From NCBI GenBank assembly GCA_951406725.2, contig OX597814.1, forward strand, positions 18,414,001-18,478,000: DNA of 64,000 nt, in the 5' to 3' direction. This document shows positions 44,526-59,734 of this stretch, piece after piece (position 1 is the first letter of the stretch; each line of letters starts with the position of its first letter). The position numbers and the translations under genes are program-made. The notes beneath the pieces are model-generated. The model was not told where the DNA came from. It searched no databases and saw only the letters and a program-made list of their open reading frames with translations. This DNA comes from Octopus vulgaris. Taxonomy: Eukaryota.

Positions 44526-44591
44526 TTTGATTTTGATTTTGATTTTTCCAGTTTCAGCTCATGAGCTGTGGCCATGCTGGGGCACCGCCAT
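44522..44591 (-). mobile_element. Ultra-short 3'-terminal fragment of the CR1/L2-group LINE with (AAATCA)n tail
   Basis: GTTTCAGCTCATGAGCTGTGGCCATGCTGGGGCACCGCCAT is identical to 60161-60201. Confidence 0.85.
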
Positions 44592-44651
44592 ATATATATT
44601 TATATATATATAGAGAGAGAGAGAGTGAGAGAGAGAGAAATGGGTAGATAA

Positions 44652-44740
<89 letters not shown>

Positions 44741-45933
44741 GCTCATGATTTGTTACTTCGTTCTTAGTCCTGTAGTGAAGCACTTGTGTTAATGTGTCTC
44801 TCTTTTATATAATACGACATAAATATCTATGTAATATGTGTACGTAAATGCGTGTGTATGCATATCTGCTTAAATAAACGACAAAAATGTCATTTAGTAA
44901 ATGTTTCACTGAGTTGTTCGAAAGACATTTCCCAGTTTAATAGTTAACCTAGAATCATTAATATACCTCCTATTGCCAGTGACCCAACAAGTTGCCAGTA
45001 AGAGTGAACGCCTTAGTCCAAACTTGGTTCGAAAACTTTTCAGTGATATATCTTAGCTGTTGTTATGCATAGATGAAAATACGGTATTCAAAATATATGT
45101 TATTTTCTCGGCCAGTTGTTGTATACAAAAGCAATATTCCTCAACGGGAAGCGTTTATATAAGTGTACGTGGAATGGGCTGTGCAGTTGTGCCATAACAG
45201 AAATGGTTTTACGTCTATAGCGTCAGCAAGAAAATTATTCTAAACTTTTCTTCCATCATAATACACTACTCTCAGAATAACCTATGACTTAGCATACTCT
45301 AAATGTCAGCGCCAAATTCACGGATCATTATTAAGGCCAGCGTTTGAGGCAATCTCAGTAAACTTCGAAGTGGTGCCAGCGATTAAAGAAAATATATTAT
45401 ATATGCGTGTATAAAAATATATCAAAAGGGTTTAAGATGTTTATATTAAACATTGGTACTAGTTTACCTTAAAAATAAAAGAAACAAAAAATAAAAGAAA
45501 ACAAAACTGAAAATGAAAATATCTATGCTGTTAAGTATGATAAGCAACAAAGTGTTTTGATATGAATTAGGGATATATTACTAGATAAATAACAAGAAAA
45601 TATCAGTCATAGAATGAAAGTCTGTGAATCTGTGGGTCGTAACGTTTGTGGAAGCAGTCTACGAGCAGCGTCTTGTCTTTTGAAATGTTATAGTAGTACG
45701 TGTCATTCATAACATCAGGTTCAACATATCGAATTTAATAGGTAGCTCATTAATATGAGGAAGGAATTATAATAATATGCGGAAGAAGACGGCATTTAAA
45801 TAAAAAAAATATCTCGTAGGATGGGATATAGTCTAAAATGCTTTGATTTATATCCACTATACGCAATTGAGCCGAAATGAAACATAAACGCTTACTTTAA
45901 TTTGCATATGTATATATATATATATATATATAT

Positions 45934-46265
45934 AAATAAGCAACAAGGATATCCAGAGATAATGCAGTACTATCGTTTCATGCAACTCCATTTAAATGAA
46001 CAATGCAATCATTACATCACTTTAAAATGCAGAGCAATCTTCAGGTGCACAAAGACATAGAATTTAATTAAATTAGAACAGATGGACACGTTAGTATTAT
46101 AATACCTAAAATCTCCAAGAAGTTAAGGAGATAGACAAAGAACATGGAGTTGCATAAAACGATCGTACTTGTTGCTTGTTTTGATTTTAATCACCTTACT
46201 TTGAAATTGTATGGATAATACCGTACTAAATTCTTGTGCCTTAAGTACCATATTCATCTGAATCT
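45934..46265 (-). mobile_element. Penelope-type non-coding element with hammerhead motif (45963-46049) and a partial inverted copy
   Basis: Minus strand: UGCAC-CUGAAGA-UUGC...GUUGCAU-GAAA-CGAUAG-UA|CUGCA. Plus-strand inverted copy ATGGAGTTGCATAAAACGATCGTAC at about 46144. Ends AAGCAACAAG/CTTGTTGCTT. Confidence 0.6.
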
Positions 46266-46331
46266 AAATTTTTGCTGACATCATCTACCATACACACACA
46301 CATACACACACACACACACACATACACACAC

Positions 46332-46388
<57 letters not shown>

Positions 46389-46433
46389 CAATGTCGACTT
46401 ATATATATGTGTGTATATATGTATATATTTATA

Positions 46434-46482
<49 letters not shown>

Positions 46483-47427
46483 TGTGTGTATGTGTGTATG
46501 TCTGCCAGTATGTGTGAGCTTCAAGTGTGGAGATAAAGTTTTGTGTATCTTCATGTGATGCATATTTTGCTAACATGTATGTATGTGTGTACGTATGTAT
46601 GTGACACGAAGAAAAGTTGATGTAACCCCATGCATGCTGTAAACCTTATAGTGGCTCTAACCTTTACTCCAAAGCGACACAGCAACATGAACTATCCATG
46701 TTAGAATTCTGAAACTAGAGTTCTAGAATTCCTAGATAAACAGGAATGTAGTTAGATATACGAATAGATATATAAACTGTCAAATAAAAGAAAAGGAGCG
46801 AAAACGGAAAAGAAATACTGGGCCATTTTGAAATGTTTGAAACAAAATATTAAGATAGTGATTTTTTTGGAAACTGCAGAATCTCTTTTAATATCAGTAC
46901 CATAACTAATTCATAAATACCTTGTTACATTTACATTTCTACGTTTTTAGTTTTTATGCTGTTGCATGTAGCATTTATTATTTACAGTTCTATGTATGTG
47001 ATGTATGCGTGTGTATTTGTATGCGCATGAAAATGTGTGTGTTTGTATGTGTGTGTGTTTCAGTGTGTGTGTATTTATACTATAGCTCAAATGGTTGAAG
47101 TTTTTTTCTAATACAAAACATATATAAATTATTTACATGTACTACGTAAGACAGAAGAGGTAGAAAGTTTATGAGCTTATGTATATAAAAGTGTGTTTCT
47201 TTTCCTGGGCGTGGTTATGCATGTTTCTAGGGTTTCTATCTCGGTATTTGCATGTATTGATACCCATGAGGTGTCACAATGTACTTTGTATTCATATTCA
47301 TTAAAGTACATATTTATATATTCATGTGCTCACATATACATATAGATATACACTCGTACACACACACACAAATAAATAAATACATACATACATACATACA
47401 TACACACATACATACATACATAAATAC

Positions 47428-47476
<49 letters not shown>

Positions 47477-47485
47477 CATACATAC

Positions 47486-47516
<31 letters not shown>

Positions 47517-47517
47517 C

Positions 47518-47671
<154 letters not shown>

Positions 47672-48174
47672 GCATGAATGTTTTATAACAGTTACTATTC
47701 TAATTATTTATTTTCTCCTTCCGTCCTGGAGTTCTCCGTTGGCGACTGGCGTCAGAAACGCATCCGGCCGAAAATCATTTTTTCTCGATCTAGAACGAAG
47801 ATGGAAAAATTATAAAACACAAGACCGAAAAACTGATGCTCTTTTATATTCGCTTTCTGTTTTTGTTTTTTTTTTTCCCCTCTTATTTTCAGTCTCTCTC
47901 TTCTTAACATTTCCATATTTTTCACTCCCCCCACCCTAACTTTCAATCCGTTTCTCTTTCTGTTGTCCTCTCCTTCTCTCTCAGAAACACTTTCTCCGCC
48001 GTTTCTTTCTGTCTCTTTGTAATGAAGAATATGTAACCAAAATTCATGCCTGTTATTATAGTATATATATTCTCACTACTTTCCTTTCACTTGCTCTTTT
48101 GTCATTTATTTCCTCCGCTCGCTTATTCTATTTTCAGCGCTATCAGCCCCCACCCCACGTTCTCTTTCTCTGTC

Positions 48175-48909
<735 letters not shown>

Positions 48910-49234
48910 TATCTGTGTGTGTGTGTATGTAAGCATATTAGTTTATTATAACTGGTGTTAACTATTGAAATAGTTATGTATTTTTGTCAAACGGAACGAT
49001 AGCAGATACACAGCAACATGTTTTTCTTTTTCTGTATCTTGATGTTTTACAGCAGCTTTCATCAAACACGTTATCAGCAAAGTTGCTTCAGCCATGACCA
49101 TCTCTCATGGAGAGAGCGTAAGACTACATTTACCAATGTGTGCCCACCAATATTTTAAGTTATCAAGGTGTAATCTCAAGCAAATATGGTTGCTATTTCT
49201 AACAGATTATATCCACACACAAATTACAGCCGCA

Positions 49235-49390
49235 GACTAATGCTTACGGTGTAGCACTCCCGATCACGAGATCGTGGTTTCGATTCCCGAGCTAGGCGGT
49301 ACCTTGTGTTCTTGAGCAAACTGCTTCATTTCACATTGCTCCGGTCCATTCGAATGTAAATAATTAACCCTGCGACGGACACGCGTCCAT
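49235..49390 (+). mobile_element. Old tRNA-derived SINE relic (CORE/V-like)
   Basis: Box B GGTTTCGATTCCC, CORE-like GTTCTTGAGCAA..CTTCATTTCACATTGCTC, then AACCCTGCGACGGAC. Confidence 0.55.
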
Positions 49391-49789
49391 GAATGTTCTA
49401 ATTTCGCTCAATTATATGCCATATTTTTCTGTCATTTTGATTTTTTTCTCAATATTTTCTCAAGTTCTGGTTACTTCCTTTTGAGTAGGAATGAATTATA
49501 ATTTTTTAGAGATGGATGTAAATATGATGCCTCTGAAATACTTTGTGAAACCCAAATCTTTGGAAATGGTTGTATACAGCCTTCTGTCCATTTGATAATA
49601 TTACCACCATTATATACTATTGCAGAAGCTTCAGAGAATATCTTCAGTCCGACAGCTCTTATTTTACTCTTTTTTTGTATGATTCCAATTTTTTTTTTCG
49701 TGCAGCGGTAGAGTCAGTCTTTTTTTATATTGAGCATGTGTCAGAACATTTACCAAAACAATGGAATTGGAGCTAAATGGAACTTACAT

Positions 49790-50091
49790 GAGAATGTCAA
49801 GAACAGTCATAAATATATCTGCTGGAACGCAACCCGGTAAGAAACAATTGTAGGAGATATCTTGTCTGTTTTCACCATTATAAGGGAAAAACGCTTGCAC
49901 TTTGCGGGACATTGATGGCGGTCTAAACAAGAACTGACAAGAGATCTACTGCTATGGACACCTAAGCACGGATGTAATGAAGCAGGCCATCTGAACACCA
50001 CGTATATAGGTTAACTTCCCGAATCTCCCTCAACTAATGCGGGCTGCTATGGATGCTGTGCACAGGTTAAAGATGTCCGAGGAAACTAGAC

Positions 50092-50125
<34 letters not shown>
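49790..50125 (+). pseudogene. RTE-clade LINE 3' relic
   Basis: IIREKRLHFAGH*WRSKQELTRDLLLWTPKHG...TTYI is typical of the RTE C-terminus; ends in a (GAT)n tail. Confidence 0.7.
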
Positions 50126-50126
<1 letters not shown>

Positions 50127-50989
50127 ACGTCATATAAACCTGCCGTACGAATCCTAGGACAGGAGACAGTAATATTCAATGCTGAGAAGGAAAACGAAAC
50201 AAATTACATAGCGCCGAATAGAGACAGTTTTGGGGGCTTCAGATAAGAGTTTGGCAATTGGTGGGAAGCACGAGTGTATGAGTTGTCCTGATTAGGAATA
50301 GCAGGGCTGCTACCAAAAGTGCAGCCCTCCATGACACCCCGAAATACTCGGCTGAAATGTGCAAATACGCTCATACTTCGAAACAGACGTCACCCGCGAC
50401 ATCTACTGTTTCGTAATATGTTCTCTAAATGTTTTAGTTGCTTCTGTAGTCGCGTAAAGATATAGACACACTCCCACGTTTTGATACAGTGACACGTCAG
50501 GACGTGATAGTCTGAATGAGAGAGAACTAAACCACCACTTGGTTTAAATATCAAAGCATATTGACTGATGCATAAGTGATCAGTATGCTCTTATTAATAC
50601 AATTTGATGCAGATATATTGAGCGCTAATATCATGTATCATTTAAGACGTCTCATATACTGGAAGATACATTTTCTAAATATATGTTAAAACAATTGTGG
50701 CAGTACTGGTGAATTTTTTGTTCTACAATAATTGATTACATTCATTCCAAATATGCGACCTTTTAAAAGGATAGCTGCGTTCACAGATGCTATATCTGAA
50801 GTAGATACATAAGAGATATGTCACACACAAACACACACTCACAGGCACACACACAGAGACAAACAAACACACAAGCACGCAAACACACACATACACTAAG
50901 ATGAAAGAACTCAGTACTGGTGTAGTCAAATGTAATAGGTTTCGAAACTGGTGAAAGCTGAAATCAGAACCACTACCATTCCTACATAC

Positions 50990-51360
50990 GAACAAATATG
51001 CACATACATACATACATACATACATACATACATACATACATACATACATACACCCACATACACACATACACACATACATACACACATACATATATACACA
51101 TACATACACACATACAGACACACATACAGAAATACACACACATACACACATGCACACATACATACACACTTACATACATACACACATGCACACACACACA
51201 CATACACACATACATACATGCACACATGCACACACACATACACACACATACATACATACATACATACATACATACATACATACATACATACATACATACA
51301 TACATACATACATACATACATACATACATACATACATACATGCATATATACATACGTATA
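50990..51360. repeat. (CATA)n/(CA)n compound microsatellite
   Basis: Directly visible. Confidence 0.95.
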
Positions 51361-52739
51361 TATAAAGAAACATACAGACATACACAAAGGAGTTGCAGAG
51401 CCACTGAAGTTCGAGGCATCTTGAATCACAAGCCATGATATAAACATTTAGTTTCTAAAAATATATGTACATACTCACATATATACATATGGGTGTATAC
51501 GCTTGTATGTGTATATACGCGCGCTTCTGAAATAACTCATGTCATATTCTTGATAATTCTTTGCATTCAGATTGTTGACATTCCACACTAATTTCGGTAA
51601 TCTTGAATTCTTTGGTTACATACTTATTTTTAAAGCATATTCTTACTTAAGTGTCCCAAATTCGGATAAATTAATTAATTATTTATAAATGATTAAGATT
51701 TCGTTACTATAACAGAAAACATATTTTCATTGTTTATAATATAATTACTTCCACTAATAGCCATTCCAGATTTGCATTTACCCACCGCACTTCCTGTAGA
51801 CGAACCAAAATCTTATGAGCAGCACCCTTAAAAAAATTATCCAAGGAAATTTCCTTATCCCAAATAGTTTATGGTTATTGCACATATCACACCCAATTTC
51901 AGTCAGTAAGTATGAAAGACTTTTTTCTTCTTCGTTTTGATTAATTTCCAAAAGTTTATTAACAGTTATAGATGTCGGAACCTATTTCCTATAAACATTA
52001 AAATGGTATACTTCCTTTAGCAAACACAGAATCATATACACAGGCACACACACCTCTCTTATTTTCTCTATCTCTCTCTCTCTCTTTCACATACACACAC
52101 ACACACACGTATCCAAAAACGCTCCCACACTCTGTTTCCCTTGCTCCTAAGCACGCAGTCCTTCAAAACATTTGCTCACAAACTAATTTGTTTTTCTGTT
52201 CATAGATTTTATTTCATTCATTTTTAGTGTAAATATTTCTCTGAAACTGTCTTTCGGCATTCTTCACTCTTTCACTAATTCACACCTAACCTTTGACAAT
52301 TTGTTCAATATATAAACTATGGCAAGCTTATCTAACCATAACACACGTAATGCTGGGTGGCGCCTCAGTGTACTGGTTTCTCGGAAAAGCTGAGCAAAAG
52401 GTGAATAAAGTAAGCGTAAACATGTAGTTGATTGACTAAACTGAACTTGCAACTATAACGAAAACAGATAATACTCAGGACCGATTTTTGTTTTCATTAA
52501 AACACAGCTTTGATATAACTATCACCACCTCGATGCCATCAGAATGCTTGCTCATTGAGCAAGCAAGTGAACATATTGTACATCGTCCGAGTGTATTTCA
52601 AACTCTACATCTTGACTCGCCTGCTACTTTAAATAGGTGCAAAGTATGTTGATACTCAGTTAACTAAGATTAAAACAGATATATTTCTGTCTCAACTCTG
52701 GCACGTTTCAGAGAGTTATGTAGGTGAACAAAGTTTGCA

Positions 52740-52960
52740 CCCTTTCGTTAACAACCCGACTGAAACCGGCTCTGGCTCTTTAGTACAAATGTCTGGTTTT
52801 CAAAAGTTCTGAATTAAAGCCTTCCACCAAACCCTAGCCACAACTTATTTCCCTAACTCTAGCTTAATGATAACGATGTTATTTTACTTAATTCTTTGTT
52901 ATATTTAACATAATTGGAAGAAACACTGAGCATCTCAAAATAAATTCAGTAACGAAAGGG
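52740..52960. mobile_element. piggyBac-like MITE
   Basis: TIRs CCCTTTCGTTA / TAACGAAAGGG followed by TTAA; the left TTAA is degenerate (TGCA). Confidence 0.6.
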
Positions 52961-53306
52961 TTAAATTCGAATGCACGCACAAACATAACAAAATTGGTAG
53001 TTTAGTTCTTCATAGCAACACTTTGTAATGAAAACGGATAAAAAATTGTATAACACGAACCAAACACGGAGTACGGCAGCGACCTAATTGCAGCCCCTCG
53101 GATATGGGTTACCAAACTGACAAAAAGATTACAAAAACATTCCAGATAAAATACTTTTATTCTTATTATAAGAACATGTTTATTATATATAGATCATTAT
53201 CAGATATATAAAATCATTTTAAAAAGGCAAATATGTATATAAATTTATATACTTGCAAAGTAGCAGAATATAAATATATATATATATATACATACGGATA
53301 AACACA

Positions 53307-53422
<116 letters not shown>

Positions 53423-53429
53423 TGTGTGT

Positions 53430-53724
53430 GGAGGCGCAATAGCCCAGTGGTTAGGTCGTAGGATCGCAGTTTCGATTCCCAGACCGGGCGTTGTGAGTGT
53501 TTATTGAGCGAAAACACCTAAAGCTCCACGAGGCCCCGGCAGGGGATGGTGGCGATCCCTGCTGTACTCTTTCGCCACAACTTTCTCTCACACTTTCTTC
53601 TGTTGGCCTGCTCGCTTAGCCAGCGGGGTGGCGTCATTTAAAGGCTAAAACAATACGAAGCGCATTGTGACCAGCGATGTGTAGCAACATCTGATAGCCT
53701 GGTCGGTCACGGTGACCACGGTGA
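53430..53724 (+). mobile_element. tRNA-derived SINE family C
   Basis: GGAGGCGCAATAGCCCAGTGGTTAGG (box A), GTTTCGATTCCC (box B), GC-rich body and CACGGTGA terminal repeats; sits in (TA)n. Confidence 0.75.
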
Positions 53725-54312
53725 TATATATATATATATATACATATATGTATGTATGTATAATTGAAAATGAAGATGTATAACAATTGGGAATTCAAAA
53801 ATTAAAATTGAAAATTTATTAGCATAATAGCATATTATATTATATTTTTATATTATCACAATATAATACAATATAATAATGTAAATCACAAATGTTTCAA
53901 TTCTTGGTCATAGTAAAATTACTAAAAATTCTTTGTTTTGGGCCAAGAAACTCCTCCGTGTAATTTCTTATTTATATTAGGATTCACATATCCAGTAAGA
54001 TTGAATTAAATCAGTTTGTGCATAAACGTGATCGTGAGCGTTATTAATTAAAAAACGAAAAGATAAAAACTAAGAACAAATCAATATAGCGGCCTTAAAA
54101 TATATTTGTATGCCATTAAGTATTCTAATCTACCATCTTTCCATACATTATGCAAAGGTTCGTTGCACTTGTGTGGAATATATCCCTTTTCACTGAGTCG
54201 GTATTCAATGCGGTGATGATTAGGCTTTCATCGATTTTAGGTCACCCTAGCTGAACCATCTACATGATGCTTCCTGGTGTTTGAATTTGTTATTTTCACA
54301 TTGGAACTAACC

Positions 54313-54544
54313 TATTTCTTTATTACCCACAAGGGGCTAAACACAGAGGGGACAAACAAGGACATACATAGATATTAAGTCGATTACATCGACCCCAGTG
54401 CGTAGCTGGTACTTAATTTATCGACCCCGAAAGGATGAAAGGCAAAGTCGACCTCGGCGGAATTTGAACTCACAACGTAACGCAGACAAAATACCGCTAA
54501 GCATTTCGCCCGGCGTGCTAACGTTTCTGCCAGCTCGCCGCCTT
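54313..54544 (-). mobile_element. SINE family B, young full-length copy with 15-bp TSD
   Basis: TSD ACATTGGAACTAACC at 54298-54312 and 54545-54559; head GGCGGCGAGCTGGCAGAAACGTTAG. Confidence 0.92.
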
Positions 54545-54699
54545 ACATTGGAACTAACCATGTAATTCCATGCGGAGTAGGGTTTCTTCTCACTCGTTGG
54601 CTGCTCGTGATCGGAATACATGTGGATTTTCAAATCCATCATCATGATCATGATCATCATCATCATCGTCGTCGTCGTCGTCATCATCATCATCATTAA

Positions 54700-54917
54700 T
54701 AGGACGTCTAGCTGATAGTATCGTTAGCACTCCGGGCAAAATTCTTAGCGGTGTTTCATCTGAGTTCGCGTTCCGAATTCAAATTCTGTCGAGGTCGACT
54801 TAAACTTTCATCCTTACTGGGGTAGATAAAATAAGTACCAGTGAAACACTGGGGTAGATGTAATCGACTAAACCCCCTCCTACAAAATTTCAGGCCTTGT
54901 GCTTTTAGTAGAAAGGA

Positions 54918-54920
<3 letters not shown>
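54700..54920 (+). mobile_element. SINE family B with alternative 3' tail ending in (ATT)n
   Basis: Same head and central domain as 54313-54544, but tail AAAATTTCAGGCCTTGTGCTTTTAGTAGAAAGGA (as in the 2.7-kb copy). Confidence 0.8.
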
Positions 54921-54978
<58 letters not shown>

Positions 54979-54989
54979 CATTATTATTA

Positions 54990-55053
<64 letters not shown>

Positions 55054-55076
55054 CATTATTATTATCATTATTATTA

Positions 55077-55131
<55 letters not shown>

Positions 55132-55154
55132 CATTATTATTATCATTATTATTA

Positions 55155-55215
<61 letters not shown>

Positions 55216-55238
55216 CATTATTATTATCATTATTATTA

Positions 55239-55293
<55 letters not shown>
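54920..55293. repeat. (TAT)n array with periodic CAT interruptions
   Basis: Directly visible; source of the spurious poly-Y/I/N ORFs. Confidence 0.95.
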
Positions 55294-55294
<1 letters not shown>

Positions 55295-56218
55295 TACGAG
55301 AACCAAATTTGGAGGGAAATAATGTTTCTCTCTTTCTATATTCACCTACTGCATGCAACCTTCTACTTATCTTACACATTGATACGTTTGTCCTGTTTGC
55401 ACCGATGCTTGCTACATCATACCACCACATGTATCCTGGAAGCATAACGATAGTATTCAAATACACTCATAGACAATGAAGTGGGTGTAGGACAACATGC
55501 AAACGCAAAAGAAAAAATTACGGTGAAGAATTATGTATTTTTAAGCAATAAATTCTTGTATTTATGCCTTAGAAATTTAGTGAATCGAATATATCTTTAC
55601 GATGTTTAATCGAATGTTAAGAGAAAGGAATAAGAAATATACAAGACAATGAATTCGTATTTACACCACTTCATATCTCTTTCTTGGCGGTCCACTCTAT
55701 TTAAGAGAATGCATAGAATGTCTATGATATGTTGTGATAAAGTGATTCATTGTATATTGATTAGGCTTTTGATACGCAGACAACATTTCAGTGAGCTGCT
55801 GTTCTAATAACGTAGTGGAAGTTTTAACTTGAATAGGCCATTATGATTAAGGGAGGTAATATCGGTAAGAGGAAGCGAGACTGAGCAGAAGAAATCGTAT
55901 GAAGGATATGAGGTGTGGGGGGGGGGGGAGAAGAAAGAGAGACAACTATATGCTAGCAGAGAGTGGGATTGAGGAGAGCATACGCTGCGCAGTTAACTAT
56001 TTCGTCCACTTTATCACTGTCAGCCTGTCACTAGGCGAGTGATGGAGAATGTCGATGTTTTGGTGAAAGGCCGCAAAGCGTGATGATGGGTGATATGAAA
56101 TTTAACGATATTCAACAGCTTTAAGTTCGTTCAGAGATGTTAAAAAAGTATGTACAAAAAATAAGAATACATGATAAACGCATGAAAAACAAACACGCCT
56201 AATGATTAAGCAGTGACA

Positions 56219-56259
<41 letters not shown>

Positions 56260-56268
56260 CATTCAAAC

Positions 56269-56309
<41 letters not shown>

Positions 56310-56312
<3 letters not shown>

Positions 56313-56474
56313 CGCAGGAGTGGCTGTGTGGTAAGTAGCTTGCTTACCAACAACATGGTCCGGGGTTCAGTCCCCACTGCGTGGCACCTTGGACAAGTGT
56401 CTTCTACAATAGCCTCGGGCCGACCTAAGCCTTGTGAGTGGATTTGGTAGTCGGAAACTGGAAGAAGCCCGTCG

Positions 56475-56538
<64 letters not shown>

Positions 56539-56710
56539 AAACTGTTTCCAAAAATATATACGTATATATATATGTGTGTGTATATGTTTGTGTGTCTGTT
56601 TGTCCCCCAGCATCGCTTGATAACCGATGCTGGTGTGTTTATGTCCCCGTAACTTAGCGGTTCGGCAAAAGAAACCGATAGAAAAAGTACTAGGCTTACA
56701 AAGAATAAGC
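56310..56710 (+). mobile_element. SINE family A lacking its 3' tail, abutting a minus-strand family B fragment (56710-56828)
   Basis: Head AGGCGCAGGAGTGGCTGTGTGGTAAG; similarity stops after AAGAATAAG. Confidence 0.85.
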
Positions 56711-56989
56711 TCTGAGGCCGGTAGGGGGGACTAAGTCGACTGAGCAGAATTTGAACTCGGGACGTATAGATGGAAGAAATGCCCCTAAGCATTTTCCCTA
56801 GCGTACTAATGATTTTGCCAGTTCGTCTTTTGCACTGAAAATGTTTTCAATTAGCAAGAGAAGAGTAGTGGTCATTTTGTTTTTATGAATTAAATTGGGC
56901 TAACTACCGAATCCAAGATACTATTTGTCACAATGGGTACGAGTACATACATGCATATATTGGGATAAGGCCACAAATATATGCTACTA

Positions 56990-58270
56990 CATTTTGTCTA
57001 TCTAAAGGGACAAAAGAGGAACGTTTTTGTCGGCAGTTTTGAAGTCAGAAACTATAAAAGCTGCAACAACTACTTCATCCTAATTCTTCTGCCAATGTAT
57101 TTCGAAACTCGTTTGAAGAACCACATCAAAAAATTAAAACTGTTTCCAAAAATCTTTGATCAGTTACATGAAATACTATAAAGAAATACCTAACGTACAC
57201 ATATTTGTTAACTAAATGAAAAACGTATGCTAGACAAACTTCCCTAAGCAGAAAGGATTCCTTACAAACAGCGTCACCAAAGCATACAAGAAAATTAGCA
57301 ACTTAACATCTAATGGCATAAATACCGAAGGGAGTGGTCAAGCCATCATCTTAAAGAGACTTTCATGTTCTGTCCTTACAGAAACCTAAACGGGGAAACT
57401 GTTTATTTTGATTACTACTGAAAAATCCCCCGAGCTGTAATTAGAAACTTTGCCGTAGGTATCAGCCGAAGAATCTTCAGTCTATCGACGGACAGTGGCT
57501 TCTTGAACGAGCCTGAATTACACTATCAAGAGGCAGTGGCGGGGAGTGACTCAGTTTAAACGTTAATGTGTATAGAGAATCTTCCGAATCATGCCGCTCC
57601 GTAACCCTATGAAAGCTAAAAAGAGAAAGGTCATCTAGTGTAATCTTTCATTGACTCAAGATAAATCGATATTAATGAAATTGTATTTCCAAAGAATCCA
57701 TAAATATCATCATAGATGTTTATTCATGCTTAGGAAATATCGCTTTCAACACTGCCCGCAGCTATAGACTGTTCACCCACACTTCGCTCTCTAACTGCTC
57801 AAATCTTATCAACTTGCCTCCTGAGAGGATCCTATTCCCTTTAAAAATGCATTCTATAAAGACATCCTCACAACATCCAATGGAGCCATATACCACTATA
57901 CAGGTATGACAACCAACAATTTCAAATAGAGATACACGAACGACATACATTTTTGGAGAAGTAAGGACATGAAGGAATTTTACCTCTCTGCCCTCCTTCA
58001 TTAACTGTGGGTAAAAATCACATGGAGTATCATTGACAGAGAATCTTCTTACTCATCTAGAGCTTCATATTGTTAAACTCAGTGAGAAACTATACATACT
58101 GAACTTGCCTCCAAGTAGAACTTGCCCGCAAGTTCCATCAATAGGTAAACTGACCTATTTTATTCTGGTCACCAGCTATCGTCACTATTAATGAATTTCA
58201 AGCCAATGACCACTGATTATCCAGATATCTCAACCTAGGCCTAGATGAAAGACGCACAGTGATATAGGGT
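56990..58270 (+). pseudogene. Decayed, internally deleted Penelope-like element (N-terminal, post-RT linker and GIY-YIG remnants)
   Basis: Peptides LTNSVTKAYKK..GINTEG, KRKVI*CN (cf. KR.IIWFNPP) and YTGMTTNNFK*RYTND...KITWSIIDRESSYSS...SEKLYIL (GIY-YIG-like). Degenerate hammerhead CTGATTA...GATGAAA at 58213-58250. Confidence 0.6.
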
Positions 58271-59658
58271 TTATACAAAAGGCACTTCCCGTAAAGATTA
58301 CAGCCAACTAATTGCTCAACGCATACACAACTTCGGATGTAATCTGTTGTCGCTGAAATAACAAAACCTTTCATAATGACGAGTAAATGGCCAAAATGCT
58401 ATCTGTCTTGCTAAGCGTAGTATTCAATGTAAAGAGATACTGTTGCTGAAATATCGCACACCACAGATCGCTGACAGAATGTGGACCAACACATAAAGAA
58501 CTCGTGCCGCTACGATGGCAAAGAAAACCACGAAACCTCAACAAAATATTGGTTCCATATTTTTGCAGAAGGCCAGAAATTTCGCGGGAATGGGTAAATC
58601 TATTGCATCGACCTTTGTACTCAATTGGTATTTATTTTACCAACCCCGAAAGGATGAAAGTCAAAGTTGACTACGGCGGCATTTGAACTCGGAACGCAAA
58701 GTTGGAAATTGGGGAGCACTGTAGTCGACGTAATTGACTTTCCCTACCATGGAACTTGATGGGCTTTTGCCTAAATTTGAAATCAGCTAAGTGTATTTGT
58801 ATAGTCTTAGAACGCTAGATGAATCACCTTCTTGTATTTGATACGTCTCTTAAAGTTCTTAGCTCAGATCCACCCGAGATTGGGTTTCAAATACTCAAGA
58901 TCGTGTAAGAGTTGGGTCGGTATAATCGAATTCTGTATATAACAATGCAAATTGCACCCTCCAAAAGTTTTCTGTATTATGATACAGAATAGTGGTGGTC
59001 ATGCAGCTTCCGACAGCGTCCGCCAAAATGCGTTGCCTTATTTAGTCACAATGCTTTACATTCTTAGCTTAAATTGCGCATGGTTTTTCATCTTCCTGAA
59101 ATCCATAAAATACTAGTTTACCTATTGGACACGATATAATCAGCTATATTCCACTATTTAATATCGCTATATATATTTATATTACAAATCTGTGTCTACC
59201 TGTAGTATACTATATCATTGCCAACACAAAATACAAGCCATCATTCATTAAAACACAATCAAAATACACGGCAAGGCATATGTACACACACGCACACAAA
59301 CATACGTCCTCCATTTCTCTCTTTCTCTCTATCTTTGTGTGTCTTTCTCTGTCTCTGTCTCTCTCTCTCTGTTTCTCTCTCTTTCTCTTTCTCTCCTTAA
59401 AAATATAATGTTAGAGAAAAACATTGCACTATTCTATCAAGCCTCTAAGTTTCGTGTCATTTATGCAGCCTGGTCAAGCTAATCGTTTCAGCTTTAAAAC
59501 ATATTTACTCAAATATAGATATAGAGTACAGGGCTACCTATTCTTTAACACAACCAAGACATTTTTTTTCAATTTCTGGATCGAAAAATCGAATAGGAAT
59601 CTTTCCACACATAGCTTTCTACAAAATTAGAATAATCAAGTAGCATATATTAACAACA

Positions 59659-59722
<64 letters not shown>

Positions 59723-59734
59723 GTATAATTATAT

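Noticed and set aside
53430-53490. Possible tRNA gene (also the SINE heads at 35407 and 56310)
   Set aside because: Box A/B present but no complete cloverleaf; continues into a SINE body.
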